From: Octopus sinensis
Lineage: Eukaryota
Assembly: GCF_006345805.1 (NCBI RefSeq)
Contig: NW_021833902.1
Span: 1-53,186, forward strand
Reading direction: 5' to 3'
DNA length: 53,186 nucleotides
Shown: positions 23,393 through 37,050 of the stretch, piece by piece
Layout: every line of letters starts with the position of its first letter
Position numbering within the stretch: the first letter of the stretch is position 1
Translations under genes and position numbers: made by a program
Notes under the pieces: model-generated
Databases searched by the model: none
What the model was told of the DNA's origin: nothing
What the model saw: only the letters and a program-made list of their open reading frames with translations

Positions 23393-23614
23393 GGTAGCGA
23401 GCTGGCTGAATCGTTAGCACGCCGGACAAAACGCTTAGCGACATTTCTCTTAGCTTTACGTTCTCAGTTCAAATTAAGAAGTCGAAACCGATTTTACCTT
23501 TCACCCTTTCGTGGGCGATAAATTAAGTACCAGTTAAAAACTGGGGTCGATGTAATCGAATTACCTCATCCCACGATATTGCTGGTCGTGTGTCGAAGTT
23601 TGAAGCCATTACCA
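23393..23614 (+). mobile_element. SINE family B
   Basis: ggtagcgagctggctgaatcgttagcacgccgg... plus the family core. Confidence 0.8.
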
Positions 23615-23857
23615 TTAGAAGTATTTCTGCAGTCTCTTTATATGCTGAGCTCAAATCCCGCCCAAGTCCCGTTTGCTTTTGGTCCCTCCAGGGTGGGTAA
23701 AATAAATCCCTTCGGGGCGGGTAAAATAAAGTGCAAATCATGAACTCGAGCCGATGTCATCGATTTCTCCGTTTCTCCCAATTTTTCTAGCCTTCTGCCT
23801 GTATTTGAAAACACTTTTAATGTTAGTTAAACTCAGAAGTCGCTGTGTGTTAAGTTA

Positions 23858-24178
23858 GGCGCAGGAATGGCTGGGTGGTAAGTAGCTTACTTACAAACCA
23901 CATGGTTCCGGGTTCATTCCAATCCGTGGCACCTTGGGCAAATGTCTTCTACTATAGCCTCGGGCCGACCAAAGCCTTGTGAGTGGATTTAGTAAACGGA
24001 AACTGAAAGAAGCCCGTTGTATGTATGTATATATGTGTATATATATATATATATATGTATGCATGTATGTGTGTGTATATGTTTCTGTGTCTGTGTTTGT
24101 GTCCCCAACATCGCTTGACAACCGATGGTGGTGTGTTTAAGTCTCCGTAACATAGCGGTTCGACAAAAGAAACCGATA
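23858..24178 (+). mobile_element. SINE family A, 3'-truncated
   Basis: ggcgcaggaatggctgggtggtaag...ggttcattcc, with internal microsatellite. Confidence 0.85.
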
Positions 24179-25200
24179 ATATCTATTAGCAGTTAAACTG
24201 AGCCAGCTAAAATTTATGTCATGTAATGTAAAATAACGAAATATTTGCAGCAGAAAGCGAACTGTGCATCTTTCGGTCAGTGATTCATTATCCTAGCAAT
24301 ATGATTAGATATAACTTTCTTTGCCAATAATATAATACGAGATATTTTGAACAACTTAATATGATATTCTCCACATCACCCTTTCGTACTCTATCCAAAT
24401 TTGGTTTCTATTTATAATTATGGATTTGTTATAGATCCAGAGAACAAAACAATTTTGGTAAGAATCCAAATATCGATCGGTTAACTTCATTTTCCTGCAA
24501 CAATACCAAATTTATTTGGAGATGGAGAAGTTTTGGATGTGAATTAATCGAAGTGTAGGTCGTCTGGTTTTGTATGTAACGAAAACGAGGTTTGGGTGGG
24601 ATTTATTTAATTTCATTTTGTTTAGAGAGAAGAGAAACATGATAGACGGACTAAAATTGGTTTATATCATGTCTGTCTCTATAGATTAAAGCATCAAATT
24701 TCTTTACTAAGAGTGCAAAGCTACAAATTGAAGTTAGGAGTGAAGATGAACTTACAATTGATGAGATGGTCTGATATATTTAGTAGAAATCCATCATATA
24801 AATTATTGAAAAACTGACGAACTTGGAGACTGTTGTTTAATACAGGAGTTTAATGATAATTCAACGTAATTAAAAATTCTGACAAAATATCTGACTACAG
24901 ACAGACATGTATTTATATTTGGAGGGCGGGGTATTCGTGTATTCGTTATCAAACTGAAATGCTTCGGTAGCAGTTTAACCCCTGGTCTTCCTCAAATTTG
25001 CCACAAATCATTCTCCTGAAAATCATAGGTCAACATATCTCCATCTCTTTCTTTCCTTTGTTGCTAACCTCATCGCCCACGCATCACGACGTAAATTAGT
25101 CATTTATTTTCTCCCTAACATTAACAAGACAAACATCTTCGATTGTCTCATCGGTTCTGCCCAAAATTGTCTCATCGAACTCATAATTTCAATAACTTGA

Positions 25201-25503
25201 TCTTAACCACTACGCCATATGCCCACGGGCATATGGCGTAGTGTTTAAGAACGCGGGTTACTAACCCCAAGATTCCGAGTTCGATTCCAAGCAGTGACCT
25301 GAAAAAAAACAACAACAACAAAAACAACAATAACAACAACATCGAAAAATACCTTAGGAATGAGAACCCAGGTTCGAAATTTCCTCAAAACACCTGATGA
25401 AGGACGGAGGGTATATCAGCCGAAACGTTGGTAACAACAAACAAGATGAGGACATAATGTAAATAATGTACATAATTCCTCATCTCTTAAATATAGAACT
25501 GTA
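25201..25503 (+). mobile_element. tRNA-headed, hammerhead-bearing SINE-like Penelope derivative with a 24-bp 5' fold-back
   Basis: Hairpin 25201-25224/25227-25250 (1 mismatch), A box 25234-25244, B box 25277-25288, (CAA)n spacer, HHR core 25394-25425, possible TSD ttgatc (25197-25202 and 25504-25509). Confidence 0.75.
25389..25433 (+). ncRNA. Hammerhead motif; core intact, stems I and II partly decayed
   Basis: ACAC-CUGAUGA-A-GGACG(GAGGGUAUAU)CAGCC-GAAA-CG-U-U-GGU. Confidence 0.6.
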
Positions 25504-25653
25504 TTGATCAGCTTTTCTACCTCTCGCAACTCACGTTTCCACCACACACACACACACACACACACCACACACACACATTAAACAAAAAGAGATAAGAAAA
25601 CTAAGGCTGTGAGGGGTCTTCAGGACATTTATAAGGAAAGAGATATAGATTTA

Positions 25654-25701
25654 GTCTTACTGCTGTTTCTGGGATATCATGGACATCCCTTAATCAGAGA
25701 C
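25654..25701 (-). ncRNA. Minimal type I hammerhead motif of a different family (G8>U), within a PLE-like fragment at about 25590-25760
   Basis: GUCU-CUGAUUA-A-GGGAUGU(CCAUG)AUAUCCC-A-GAAA-C(AGCA)G-U-A-AGAC. Stem I 4 bp, stem II 7 bp. Confidence 0.6.
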
Positions 25702-25877
25702 GATGTGAGATGGTTAAATAGAGGTAAATGTTTGAGTTCGAAATAAGGAATTATTGCGGAAAAGGAGGAAATAGGAAATATCGAAGGGAATAAGAGAATG
25801 AAAGTAGAAGGAAAATATAAAACATAGTAGCACTTAGCTTTACCTGCCACTCTTTGGGTCTTCTAGATACAAATGCC

Positions 25878-25924
<47 letters not shown>

Positions 25925-25995
25925 TGTGTGTGTGTGAATCGCTATAAGGTTTAAGATTTTAAATAATACCATTATTATTATTTACAGAATTGTAA

Positions 25996-26390
25996 GGCGG
26001 CGAGCTGGCAGAAACGTTAGCACGCCGGGCGAAATGCGTAGCGCTATTTTGTCTGCCGCTATTTTCTGAGTTCAAAGTCCACCGAGGTCGACTTTGCCGT
26101 TCATCCTTTCGGAGTCGATTAATTAAGTACCAGTTACGCACTAGGGTCGATATAATCGACTTAATCCGTTTATCTGTCCTTGTTTGTTCCCTCTGTATGT
26201 AGCCCCTTGTGGGCAGTAAAGAAATAGGTATTTCGTCTGTCTTTACATTCTCAAATTCCGCCGAGGTCGACTTTGCTTTTTATCATTTCGAGGTCGATAA
26301 ATTAATACCAGTTGCGTAATGGGATCGATGTAATCGACAGGCCCCCCTCCCTCAGAATTTCGAATCTTGTACCTAGAGTAGAAACGATTG
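25996..26390 (+). mobile_element. SINE family B dimer inside one 15-bp TSD
   Basis: TSD tttacagaattgtaa at 25981-25995 and 26391-26405. A headless second unit starts 184 bp after the first body. Confidence 0.85.
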
Positions 26391-26561
26391 TTTACAGAAT
26401 TGTAAACCTTGACACTGCTTAACAAAACCATAGGCATGCATGCATGCATGTATCAATGGATGAAGAGAAAGAACACAAAAAGTAGAGCGAATGGAAAACT
26501 AGACGAAAAACTTACCGGACGGAAAATTTAGACAAAGACACGATATATATATGCATATATA

Positions 26562-26593
<32 letters not shown>

Positions 26594-26660
26594 CGTGTCA
26601 ACAGTAGTGGTAGAGGGTTGATAGTAGTAGTAATGTTTATAGATGTGTTAATATATATAT

Positions 26661-26713
<53 letters not shown>

Positions 26714-26766
26714 GATTATTTGGATAGATGAATGGGTGTGCATATGTATGTATGAATGTGTGTGTG

Positions 26767-26802
<36 letters not shown>

Positions 26803-26826
26803 AGTGAGAGAGAGAGAGAGGGAGAC

Positions 26827-26870
<44 letters not shown>

Positions 26871-28289
26871 TGAGTGTGTGTGTGTGTTTGAATGTATATA
26901 GAGCGATATTCTACAAGGTTATTCATTAATAAAAGCCCAGACTCCTTAATGATCCTTGAGGCGGATTTCATTTCAGACCGTATTTCTATAGGGACAGGAG
27001 AACTTGGCATTGAACGCAGCAGTCATGTGACTCTAACGAACTAACAAATGGCTGAATCTCATTTGCATAATGGAAAATTGGTCATGCTGTGTGCAAAAGT
27101 ATGTTCTGTGTGCACGCATGTGAATTTGTTTGCCTGTGTGTGCATGAGTACGTAAGTGTATTTGCATATGTGTGAGCGTTGATTTGTGTGTGCGTATGTG
27201 TGTGTGTATGTGTGTATGCCTAATACATGTATAATTATGTGTTGTATGCGTTGTCTACGAATACTTTTGTTAACCGTGTATACCGCATGTGTACATACGC
27301 TGTGTATCTGCAGACGATCGTCGTTATGTGCAGACGACCTGTGCAGACGACCGTCATTCTTGTTGCTGCGCATGAGTTTGTATGTCTGTAGTTTTTATAT
27401 CGTGCATGTGTATGTATGTATATATAATCTACGCTGTAAAAATCTGTGTGTATTATTGTATGTATATTAATGTTGCAGTGTTCCATGTTTGCGTTGTACA
27501 TCACCTTATGTGTGAATATGTGTAGGTGTATACATGTTTTATTTCTATATATGGTTATTCGTTTTCTCTGTGTCTTGTGTATGTGAATGTAATTGTACGT
27601 AACATACAGTAAAATTTGTATGTATGTATTGTAGTGTGTGTATAAAGATTGCCATTTGTTCAATGTGTGCGTCATATATTATTTAATATGAGCCTGCGTA
27701 TGTGTGCGTGTGCGTGTGTGTGAGTGCGTAGTGTGTATGCCTATGCCTGTGTGTGCGTGCATGTGCATATATATATATGTGTGTGTGTGTGCATGCGTGT
27801 ATGCATGTGTGTGTCTGCTTTATTTGCCATATGTGTTTATTGGTTTTGTCTGTGTATTATGTATGTATATACAATTGCATTCTGTGTCGTATGTATGTGA
27901 CACTATAAAGATAGTTGTATGTGTGCGTGTGTGTTTGTTTTGTGGGTTTTTATTGTCTTTATTGTTTGTGTGTTGTGTGTGAGTGTGTGTGTGAGTGTGT
28001 GTGTGAGTGTGTGTGTGAGTGTGTACTTGTATTGTATGGTATTGAGTATGTTTATTCTGCAGGTTGTGTGTATTTCTGCGCTGCCCATGTATTGCATATT
28101 GTATATGTGCTCCATATATTCATGCATATGCATGAACGTGTGTATATGTGTGCGTGTGCATGTGAGTGTGTGTGTGTGTGTTTGTGTGTGTGTATGCGTG
28201 CAGCATGAGTGTGCGTGCGTGTGTGTACATGCGTGCAGGGGAGTTGTTAATATAAGGAAATTAAATGTGTCAACATGGCTGACATTCTT

Positions 28290-28297
28290 TTATCATT

Positions 28298-28329
<32 letters not shown>

Positions 28330-28377
28330 GTCATTATTATTATTATTACTATTATTATCATTATTATTTTTTACTAC

Positions 28378-28408
<31 letters not shown>

Positions 28409-28961
28409 GTCATTATTATTATTATTACTATTATTATCATTATTATTTTTTACTACTGTTATTATTATTATTATTATTATTTGTAGCAGTAGTAGTGGTA
28501 GTAGTAGCGACAATAGTAGTAGTGTTACTAGTAACAGCAACAATATTAGTATTTGTAGTAGCAGCATTTTTCGTTAAGTATTAATAGTTTTAGCAGTAGC
28601 AGTAGCAGTAGCAGCCGCAGTAGCAGCAGCTGTAGTTGTAGTAGTGGTGGTGGTGATAGTGGGTATGTTGTTAGTGGTTGTCGCAATGGTAGTGTTAGTA
28701 GTAATTCATCCAAGTGTCGTTGTTGTTGTTGTTGTTGGTGGTGAAGTGGTTGTGGTGATGGAGGCAGTGGTGGGGCGGTTTTCGAAGTGCTAGCAATAGA
28801 AGTAGAAGTACAAGTTGTAGTAGAGGTAGTTGTAGTGGTAGTAATGTCACTAGCAGTAATAGTAGTGTTAGTAGACGTTGGTGGTGGTTGTTATAGTACT
28901 AGTAGAGATGGTGGTGATAGTGGTGGTAGTAGTAGTTCCAACAGTTGTGGTAGAGGCGTTG

Positions 28962-28995
<34 letters not shown>

Positions 28996-29035
28996 GAGTA
29001 GGAGGAGTAGGAGAAGTAGTAGTAATGTTTATAGA
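28290..29035. repeat. (TAT)n and (GTA/GTG)n low-complexity tract
   Basis: Direct reading. Confidence 0.9.
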
Positions 29036-29041
29036 GGTGTT

Positions 29042-29473
29042 AATATTGGCTTCAAACTTTGGCACAAGGCCAGCAGTTTCGGTGGAATGAATTAGTCGAT
29101 TACATCGATCTCAGTATTCAATTGGTACTTATTTTATCGACCCTGAATATATGAAAGGCTATATCAACCTCAGATGGTAAAGACGGACGAAATACAGCAA
29201 AGCACTTCGTTCGGCGTGCTAACGAGTTTGCCAGTTCACGGCCTTTAGATGTATTAATAATTAATTCCATACTTTGGCACCAGGCCAACAATTAGGGCGA
29301 AAGGGTAAGTCAATTTTATCGACCCCAGAGCTTAACTGGTACTTATTTTATCGGCCATGATAGTATGAAAGCTAAAGACGATCTCGGTGGAATTTGAACT
29401 GAGAATGTAAAAAGAGGCGCAAATGCCGTTGAGCATTTCGCCCGGCGTGCTAAGGGCTTTGCCAGTTCGCCGC
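29042..29473 (-). mobile_element. Two adjacent SINE family B copies (about 29042-29243 and 29271-29473)
   Basis: Each shows ttggcac.aggcc..., ggtacttattttatcg and cggcgtgctaa...gccagttc. Confidence 0.75.
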
Positions 29474-30077
29474 AAATATTGACTTCCAATAACGGCGGAT
29501 GACCTCAGATGTTGAGGACGACACATTCGATGAACTCGGTGATACTACTCTAACGATAGTTAAACCACTAAGTAGTCATTCTAAATGCAAGAAATAACAG
29601 TCAAATAACCCTGAAATCATACCTCTACTGTCTTAGGAAAAAGAAACACAATCACATACGTTGTGGTTTTCAAGCACAGAGGAAATTAAATGGAAAGGTC
29701 ACGAGTGGAATACTCTTGATTATAGGTCTGGCTCTTAGATATTTCATCGAAAACCTTGGAACAACGAAAGGTAAACGGGATTTGGACTCAGAACATGAGG
29801 GTGAGGAGGTCCATGCCGCAAAGCATTTTCCCTTCTCTGTCAATTCCTGTTGCACGCAGTCCTCAGGATTAATGTATCTTGTAATTTAGGAATACTTTTT
29901 AGGGGAAAATAATTAGCTAATTACAGTGTTCTTCTGGTACTTTACTATCCCGAAAGGTTGAAAGGCAAATTGACGTTGGCAAATGAAAACTGTTTTTAAT
30001 AGTCGCAACGGTAAAAACATAATGCGAAACGAGTCAATCGCAAGACGTTATAAAATATTAAGAATGCATACACACAC

Positions 30078-30164
<87 letters not shown>

Positions 30165-30265
30165 CACACACATAGACACACACACGCATACAGACACAAA
30201 CACACATGTATACTTTAGGTACCCATAGCCTATCAGAACAACAGATATTTCAGTTAGCCAACGAA

Positions 30266-30460
30266 AAGGTCTCTACGCGGTCAGTCGATCTGTTAGAAAT
30301 AACAGCCATTTGAAAGAGCCATCCAAAAACATTTGAAAACTTGGTTTCAGATACATTATGGCCGACAAAAATTGAAAAATTGACGGGATGGTCATCCATG
30401 GGACTTCTTTGATCACAGATCTTCAGACAGAACTGGGCTGTAGTTAAATAACAACAGTAA
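30266..30460 (+). mobile_element. Degenerate interspersed repeat; probable relatives at 29540-29740, 22290-22420 and 52910-53075 (-)
   Basis: Shared ...tgttagaaataacagcc...gacgggatggtca...ctttgatca.ag.tct motifs. Old and diverged. Confidence 0.4.
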
Positions 30461-32030
30461 CAACTGATATATTAATTGTCGTACATGAATGCCTAGTACT
30501 TACTAATACAACAAAATAGGGATGAAATTTCTCTGGTTTCGAACTCTCGATATTTCTACACAAAATGGAGAGCAGTTAAATATTTCTACTGGAAAGACAT
30601 TGTTATCAAGGTCAGGCAGTGCGACAAGACACCGGTGTCTTCTGTTAATTCCAGCTTCCATAATTATATAATCTAACTCCTGCTGGTTCGTTCTGTGTTG
30701 AGTACAACATATTATACTTTCAGGAACCAGTTTTATTTTTGTTCTATTTGTTTTATTTAAGTTGAACATGGAAAACCCATCCTTCTCTTAATGCAAGCAA
30801 CATCATTAACGAGTGCATATTTAACTCTATCCTTTTCCCAACAATCTTTGTGCTACCAATGAATATTTCTTTCGTCTTTTCTTGTTTCATAGTAGGCATT
30901 CTACTGTTCTTCATTTCCTGCCGCCATGTTTTGGCGAGTAAAAACTGCGTCTTAAATCCAACACAGAAAACAGGACACAAAAGTCTCAATCATATATTTG
31001 TTTTAGCAATGCAATTATTACAAATTCGGTTTTCTTACAAAACTGTTGCGAGTGTGGAGGTTTGTCTGTCTAATTAAAATACAGAAATTATTTATTTTAT
31101 TAAATAGCATAATTTTTCCTTCATTAAAAATCAATACACTGATCAAAAATAAATATTCAACATTTGCAAAAAAAAAAAAAAAGCCCAAAAACAAAAAGAA
31201 GAAAATGTGGTTTTTGTTATTTATTTTGCGCAGTAAATATTTTTCTCGTCTGGTTATGATTCATAAAAATTCCACATCAGAAATTTATTGTATGAAGTCT
31301 GCAAATTCACCGAGTTCCACGCACGCGCGCACACACAAACATGCACACCCTGTCTGTAACTATGTGTATTGTAATCTATGTTGTAAATCGAAGAATTACG
31401 AATCGAATTAGAACCAATATTAGGTCTTAAAGTGCATTTTCATTTCAAAGCATAAGTAAATTTTTATTTAAAAATATTTTTTGTATTTTATTAATTTTTA
31501 GTGTTGTAGCCAAACAATTGTGATTTTGATATTGTAATGTGCGATAAAGCCATTTATTTAAATAATGTATACGCACGCACACAGACTCTCACGTTGAATA
31601 AAGCTGTTGTAGACCAATATTTGTGTATTTCTGTATTCAAAAGATCTTGCATTTATTAAGAGAGAATATAAAATAAAGGGTGAAAAAAATATTATTTCTA
31701 ATAGTATAAAAGGAAAGGAAAAAAAATAACAGAACGCAAAGGTGACTGTGAGCAGTTTTGTTTTAATTTCAATTCTAAAATCGCTCCAAATGCAATTGCA
31801 CCAGGACTTCACTTAAATTCGTTTCTTTTCATTCTTTGGAACAACCATTAGCAGAAACATATTGCGCTCTAAAGAAGAAAAAAAACTAAAACTGAAAAAA
31901 AAAAGAAAAAAAAAAGAAAATGATGTCTCTTCCATATGCACTGTCATTTTTAGCCATTTTAGATGCAATAAACCAGATGTTGAAAACGGAGACATGCTGT
32001 CGAGCTCTTTCTGCACACAACTTCGCATCA

Positions 32031-32722
<692 letters not shown>

Positions 32723-33699
32723 AAACTGACGCAAAAAGAGAGAATGGAAAATGTCGACCTTTTGTCCTATAAATATGTACGTGCAAAGAATAGATAAATA
32801 TTATATATGTTTGTTCAACGTCTATGTCCAACAAGTAAACTGCCATAACTGCTCGAACACAAACAAATGCTATTCAATGTGTTTGTCGCACTATTTCTAT
32901 GTCAGTAGAAAGGTCTACAAAACAAAAAAAAACCAAAAAACAAAAACAAAAAACCCCCCAAAAACTGGACGTTATTAAGCAACAACACACATTCTCTCTC
33001 TCTCTTTTTTTTTCCGTTCGCTTTCTATGTCTTTATTTTCATTTTCCCCTTGTTCTGTCTTTCCATATTTTCATATATTTATACAATACATTACTATTAT
33101 GACATAAGAAACACTTATTCAATATTGGACATATTGAAATAAGCTGGGCTTTTTTTTTTTTAATATTTATTTTCGAATAATAATTGCATATATACATATA
33201 TATGTATATGATTAAATATTTAGCAATTCTATTATATTTGTTCATAATAGTTTTTGCGTGTATGTGTATATACGTTTTCGTTGTTAAAATGGATGCGTCA
33301 TGTTTTCCAGTCCGTTTTCTGATTGGTTGTGTTCGTCTATGACATCATCACACTGCTCCCCTCTCCCCCTCAGAAACTTTGCTGACTAAACGTCCCGATC
33401 ATTTAATCAATGACCATCTGAATATAAAAACTCAATGACGAAACTCGGAGAATGTTTTTGTTTTTCGTTTTTCGTTTTTTCCCTTTTTCTCAAGAAAATA
33501 TGTTGCGCATGTGTGTATGGAGTGTGTGAGGATTGTATGTATGGGTGGCGGGTTTTTGTTGTTGTTGTCAGTTTGGAGTCTTTTTTTTTTTGACAGCAAT
33601 AGGTCAGTCACAACAACTAGCACAACTAATAAGCCCAACGCAACCGATATTTCTTTCTTTTTTATCTTCATCATCAATACGGCGACGACGGCCTCCACC

Positions 33700-33817
33700 A
33701 AAACCACCACTACCATCATCACTACCACGACCATCACCACCACCACCCCACCATTTTCACCACTAGCGTCGTCGTTGTTGTCCCTTTCGTTGTCGTCATC
33801 ATCATCATCACCATCAC

Positions 33818-33862
<45 letters not shown>

Positions 33863-33869
33863 CATCATC

Positions 33870-33910
<41 letters not shown>

Positions 33911-34370
33911 GTTATCATCAGTATCATCAACATGTCCTAAATAATGGTTGCTGGTGTGCAGCATCAACAGCAGCAATAGTATCACTACCACCACCACCGC
34001 CACTGCAACCACCACCAATAGTAAGAACAACAACAACAATAAAAACATCAAAAAAGCAACAACGTGGCAACACCACATCTACCACCGCACGCACCTTAAC
34101 ACCAGCAGGATTTATATACCGTAGCTACCACCACCACCACCACCACCACCACCACCACTACCATCAACACCACCACTACCATTACCGCCACCACCAACAT
34201 CACTAGCAACTGTACCATCACAACCATCGCGGCACATCTCCGCCAACGCATTATCTGACTACCTCCACCACCACCACCACTGTCATCACTACCTAGCAAT
34301 ACATACTACATCCCCAAAAGTAATACTACTACTACTGCAGCTACTACTACTGCAGCTACTACTACTGCAG

Positions 34371-34449
<79 letters not shown>

Positions 34450-35480
34450 CACTACTCTCCTACTACAAAACTAATACTACTACTTCTGTTGCAGCCCTAC
34501 CCTCCCCTTATCCTCCTCCTCCTACTGCTGCTACTGCCACGACTGCCACTACTGCCACTTCTACCACCACCACTGACACTGCTGCTGCTGCTACTACTAT
34601 TACTACTACAAGAAAGACCACGCTACCAAAATGACAACCTCCATAATGTATCACCCTCCACCCACCCATATCCCCCTACCACCATCGCCATATCACCCGA
34701 AACCATCCTCACCGCCAAGCCCGCCATCTCCGATCATTTACTGACAGAAAAAGAAACAAAACTTTTATACGACCACCGACTTCGTTATCAACCGACAAAG
34801 CTCCCCTCTCCTCTGCCATCGCCTGCGACGTCACCATCATCGTTTCCATCAGCACCGTCCCCATCATCATATGCGTCGTAATCATAATCGTCATCATCAA
34901 CATCACCATCACCATCACATCACCATCACCATCACCAACACCATCATCATCATCATCATCATCATCATCATTATCATCATCATGATCATCATCGTCATCA
35001 TCATACTCCTCCTCCCCGTCATCGTCGTCGTCGTCATCATCATCATCATCACCATCATCATCACCATCTTCATCATCATCATCATCGTCATCATCATACT
35101 CCTCCTCCCCGTCATCGTCGTCGTCGTCATCATCATCATCATCACATCATCAGTATCGCCGCCATCATTATCGTTGTCATTATTATGTTCCAAATTGACT
35201 CAATGACCACCCCCACCAAAACCATCAGCATCAACACCATCACCATCAACCCCCACTCCAACCATCACCGCCGCCGCCACCACCACCTCCACCACCATCA
35301 TCAACCCCCACCAGTACCAACATCTTTACTACCGCAACTAACTTCGGCATCACCTTCAGCCTCAACTCCAACAGAGCCCAACCGACACCGCCACCACCGC
35401 AAATCCCGCCGGCCCCGCCGGCCCCCGTCCCCGCTAGAGCCGCCGCCACCACCATTGCCACCACCGCCACCGCTACCGTA
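33700..35480. repeat. C-rich trinucleotide mosaic (CAT/CAC/TAC/TGC) with unique interludes
   Basis: Direct reading. No recognisable domain in any frame. Confidence 0.8.
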
Positions 35481-35675
35481 GGCCAATTCATTGTTAAAGG
35501 CAACCTGCTGCAGACATGCATAACAATAGTCTCGATGCAATGGACGTTACGTGTTGCTGTTATTATTATTCCTGTTATTCTTGTCGATGTTGCATTCGGA
35601 TCAAGCTAGCGATGAATATACAGAGCAGTTACTATACTGCAAAGCTATCTCCTCCTCCTCCTCCTCCTCCTCCTC

Positions 35676-35720
<45 letters not shown>

Positions 35721-35845
35721 ATAATAATAATAATAATAAGAAGAAGAAGAAGAAGAAGAATGATAATAATAATAATAATGATGATTATTATTATTATTAT
35801 TAATATTTTTATTATCATTATTATTATTATTATTATTATTATTAA

Positions 35846-36036
35846 AGCGGCGAGCTGGCAGAATCGTTAGGACCCCGGACGAAATACTTATCGGCAATTC
35901 GTCAATTTTCTTCTTCTGAGTTCAAACTCTGCCGAGGTCAACTTTGCCTTTCATCCTTTCAGGGTCGATGAAACAAGTACCGGCATAATACTAGGGTCAA
36001 TGTAATTGATGTACCCATTACCCCCAAACTTCAGGA
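35846..36036 (+). mobile_element. SINE family B
   Basis: gcggcgagctggcagaatcgttag...gcctttcatcctttcagggtcgat. Confidence 0.8.
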
Positions 36037-36039
36037 TTA

Positions 36040-36067
36040 ATAATGATTGATATTATTATTATTATTA

Positions 36068-36129
<62 letters not shown>

Positions 36130-36293
36130 TTATATTATTATTATTATTATTATTATTATTGTTTTTATTATTATTATTGTTATTATTATTATTGTTATTC
36201 TTCTTCTTCTTCTTCTTATTATTATTATTATTATAATTGTTATTATTATTATTATTGTTATTATTATTATTATTATTGTTATTATTATTATTA

Positions 36294-36336
<43 letters not shown>

Positions 36337-36386
36337 CATCATCATTATTATTGTTATTGTTATTATTATTATTATTGTTGTTGTTG

Positions 36387-36423
<37 letters not shown>

Positions 36424-36442
36424 CATTATTATTATTATTATA
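36040..36442. repeat. (TAT/TGT/TCT)n array
   Basis: Direct reading. Confidence 0.95.
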
Positions 36443-36572
36443 GGAATGAGGTAACTCCTCCAGATGATATAGAAGCTGAAAAAAAAAGAAGAGTGCCATT
36501 GTCATCAAGTGGACGATATTTCGACATCTCGTGTGTCTTCAACAGGTAGATTGACACTTTTATTATTTTTGC

Positions 36573-36604
<32 letters not shown>

Positions 36605-36624
36605 TAACAATGATGATGATGATA

Positions 36625-37050
36625 AATAAAAAATAGTGAAAATGAAATGTCGAGAGATATGACAGGTTAGCTTGGGAAGTTATCTATGAAAAAGGTAGTA
36701 GTAGTACCAATAATTGTCGGAGCTCTGGGGACAGCGAGCAAAAATCTATAGAAAGCACGTGGAGCAAATATTGACAGAAGGACTAGGAAGGACTTCAATA
36801 TGAGTGGAGGACCCTACCCGAGATCAATGGTAGTAAGATCATACTTACCAAGAAAGGAAGGAAGGTTAATATCTGTAGAAGAAAGCGTGGAGTTAGCTAG
36901 AGTAGATATAAACTCCTACTTAATAGTGAAGAAAGTTTATTAAAAGCTGCTTGGTTTACAGAAAGGCGTAAGGGAATCCAGAAGATCAAATGAATTTAAG
37001 ACGCAGAAAAAAGAACAGAAATTATCTGAATGGCAGAAGAAAGATATTTG
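36625..37050 (+). mobile_element. R4/Dong-like LINE fragments (RLE end fused to the post-RT segment)
   Basis: VVPIIVGALGTASKNL, then PRSMVVRSYLPRKEG..LISVEESVELARVDINSYL..EESLLKAA..EFKTQKKEQKLSEWQKK. Confidence 0.75.

Noticed and set aside
25227-25300. Bona fide tRNA gene (likewise the heads at 10142, 44762 and 51557)
   Set aside because: A and B boxes are present, but I find no complete cloverleaf or acceptor stem, and each continues into a repeat body.
30503-30989. Minus-strand 78 and 88 aa ORFs in unique sequence as possible exons
   Set aside because: There is no recognisable homology and no convincing splice-site pair. The AT-rich 30500-31900 region could be UTR, but that is unsupported.
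33423-33430. TATA box as a stand-alone promoter call
   Set aside because: Such motifs are frequent by chance in AT-rich DNA, and no gene or TSS evidence supports it.
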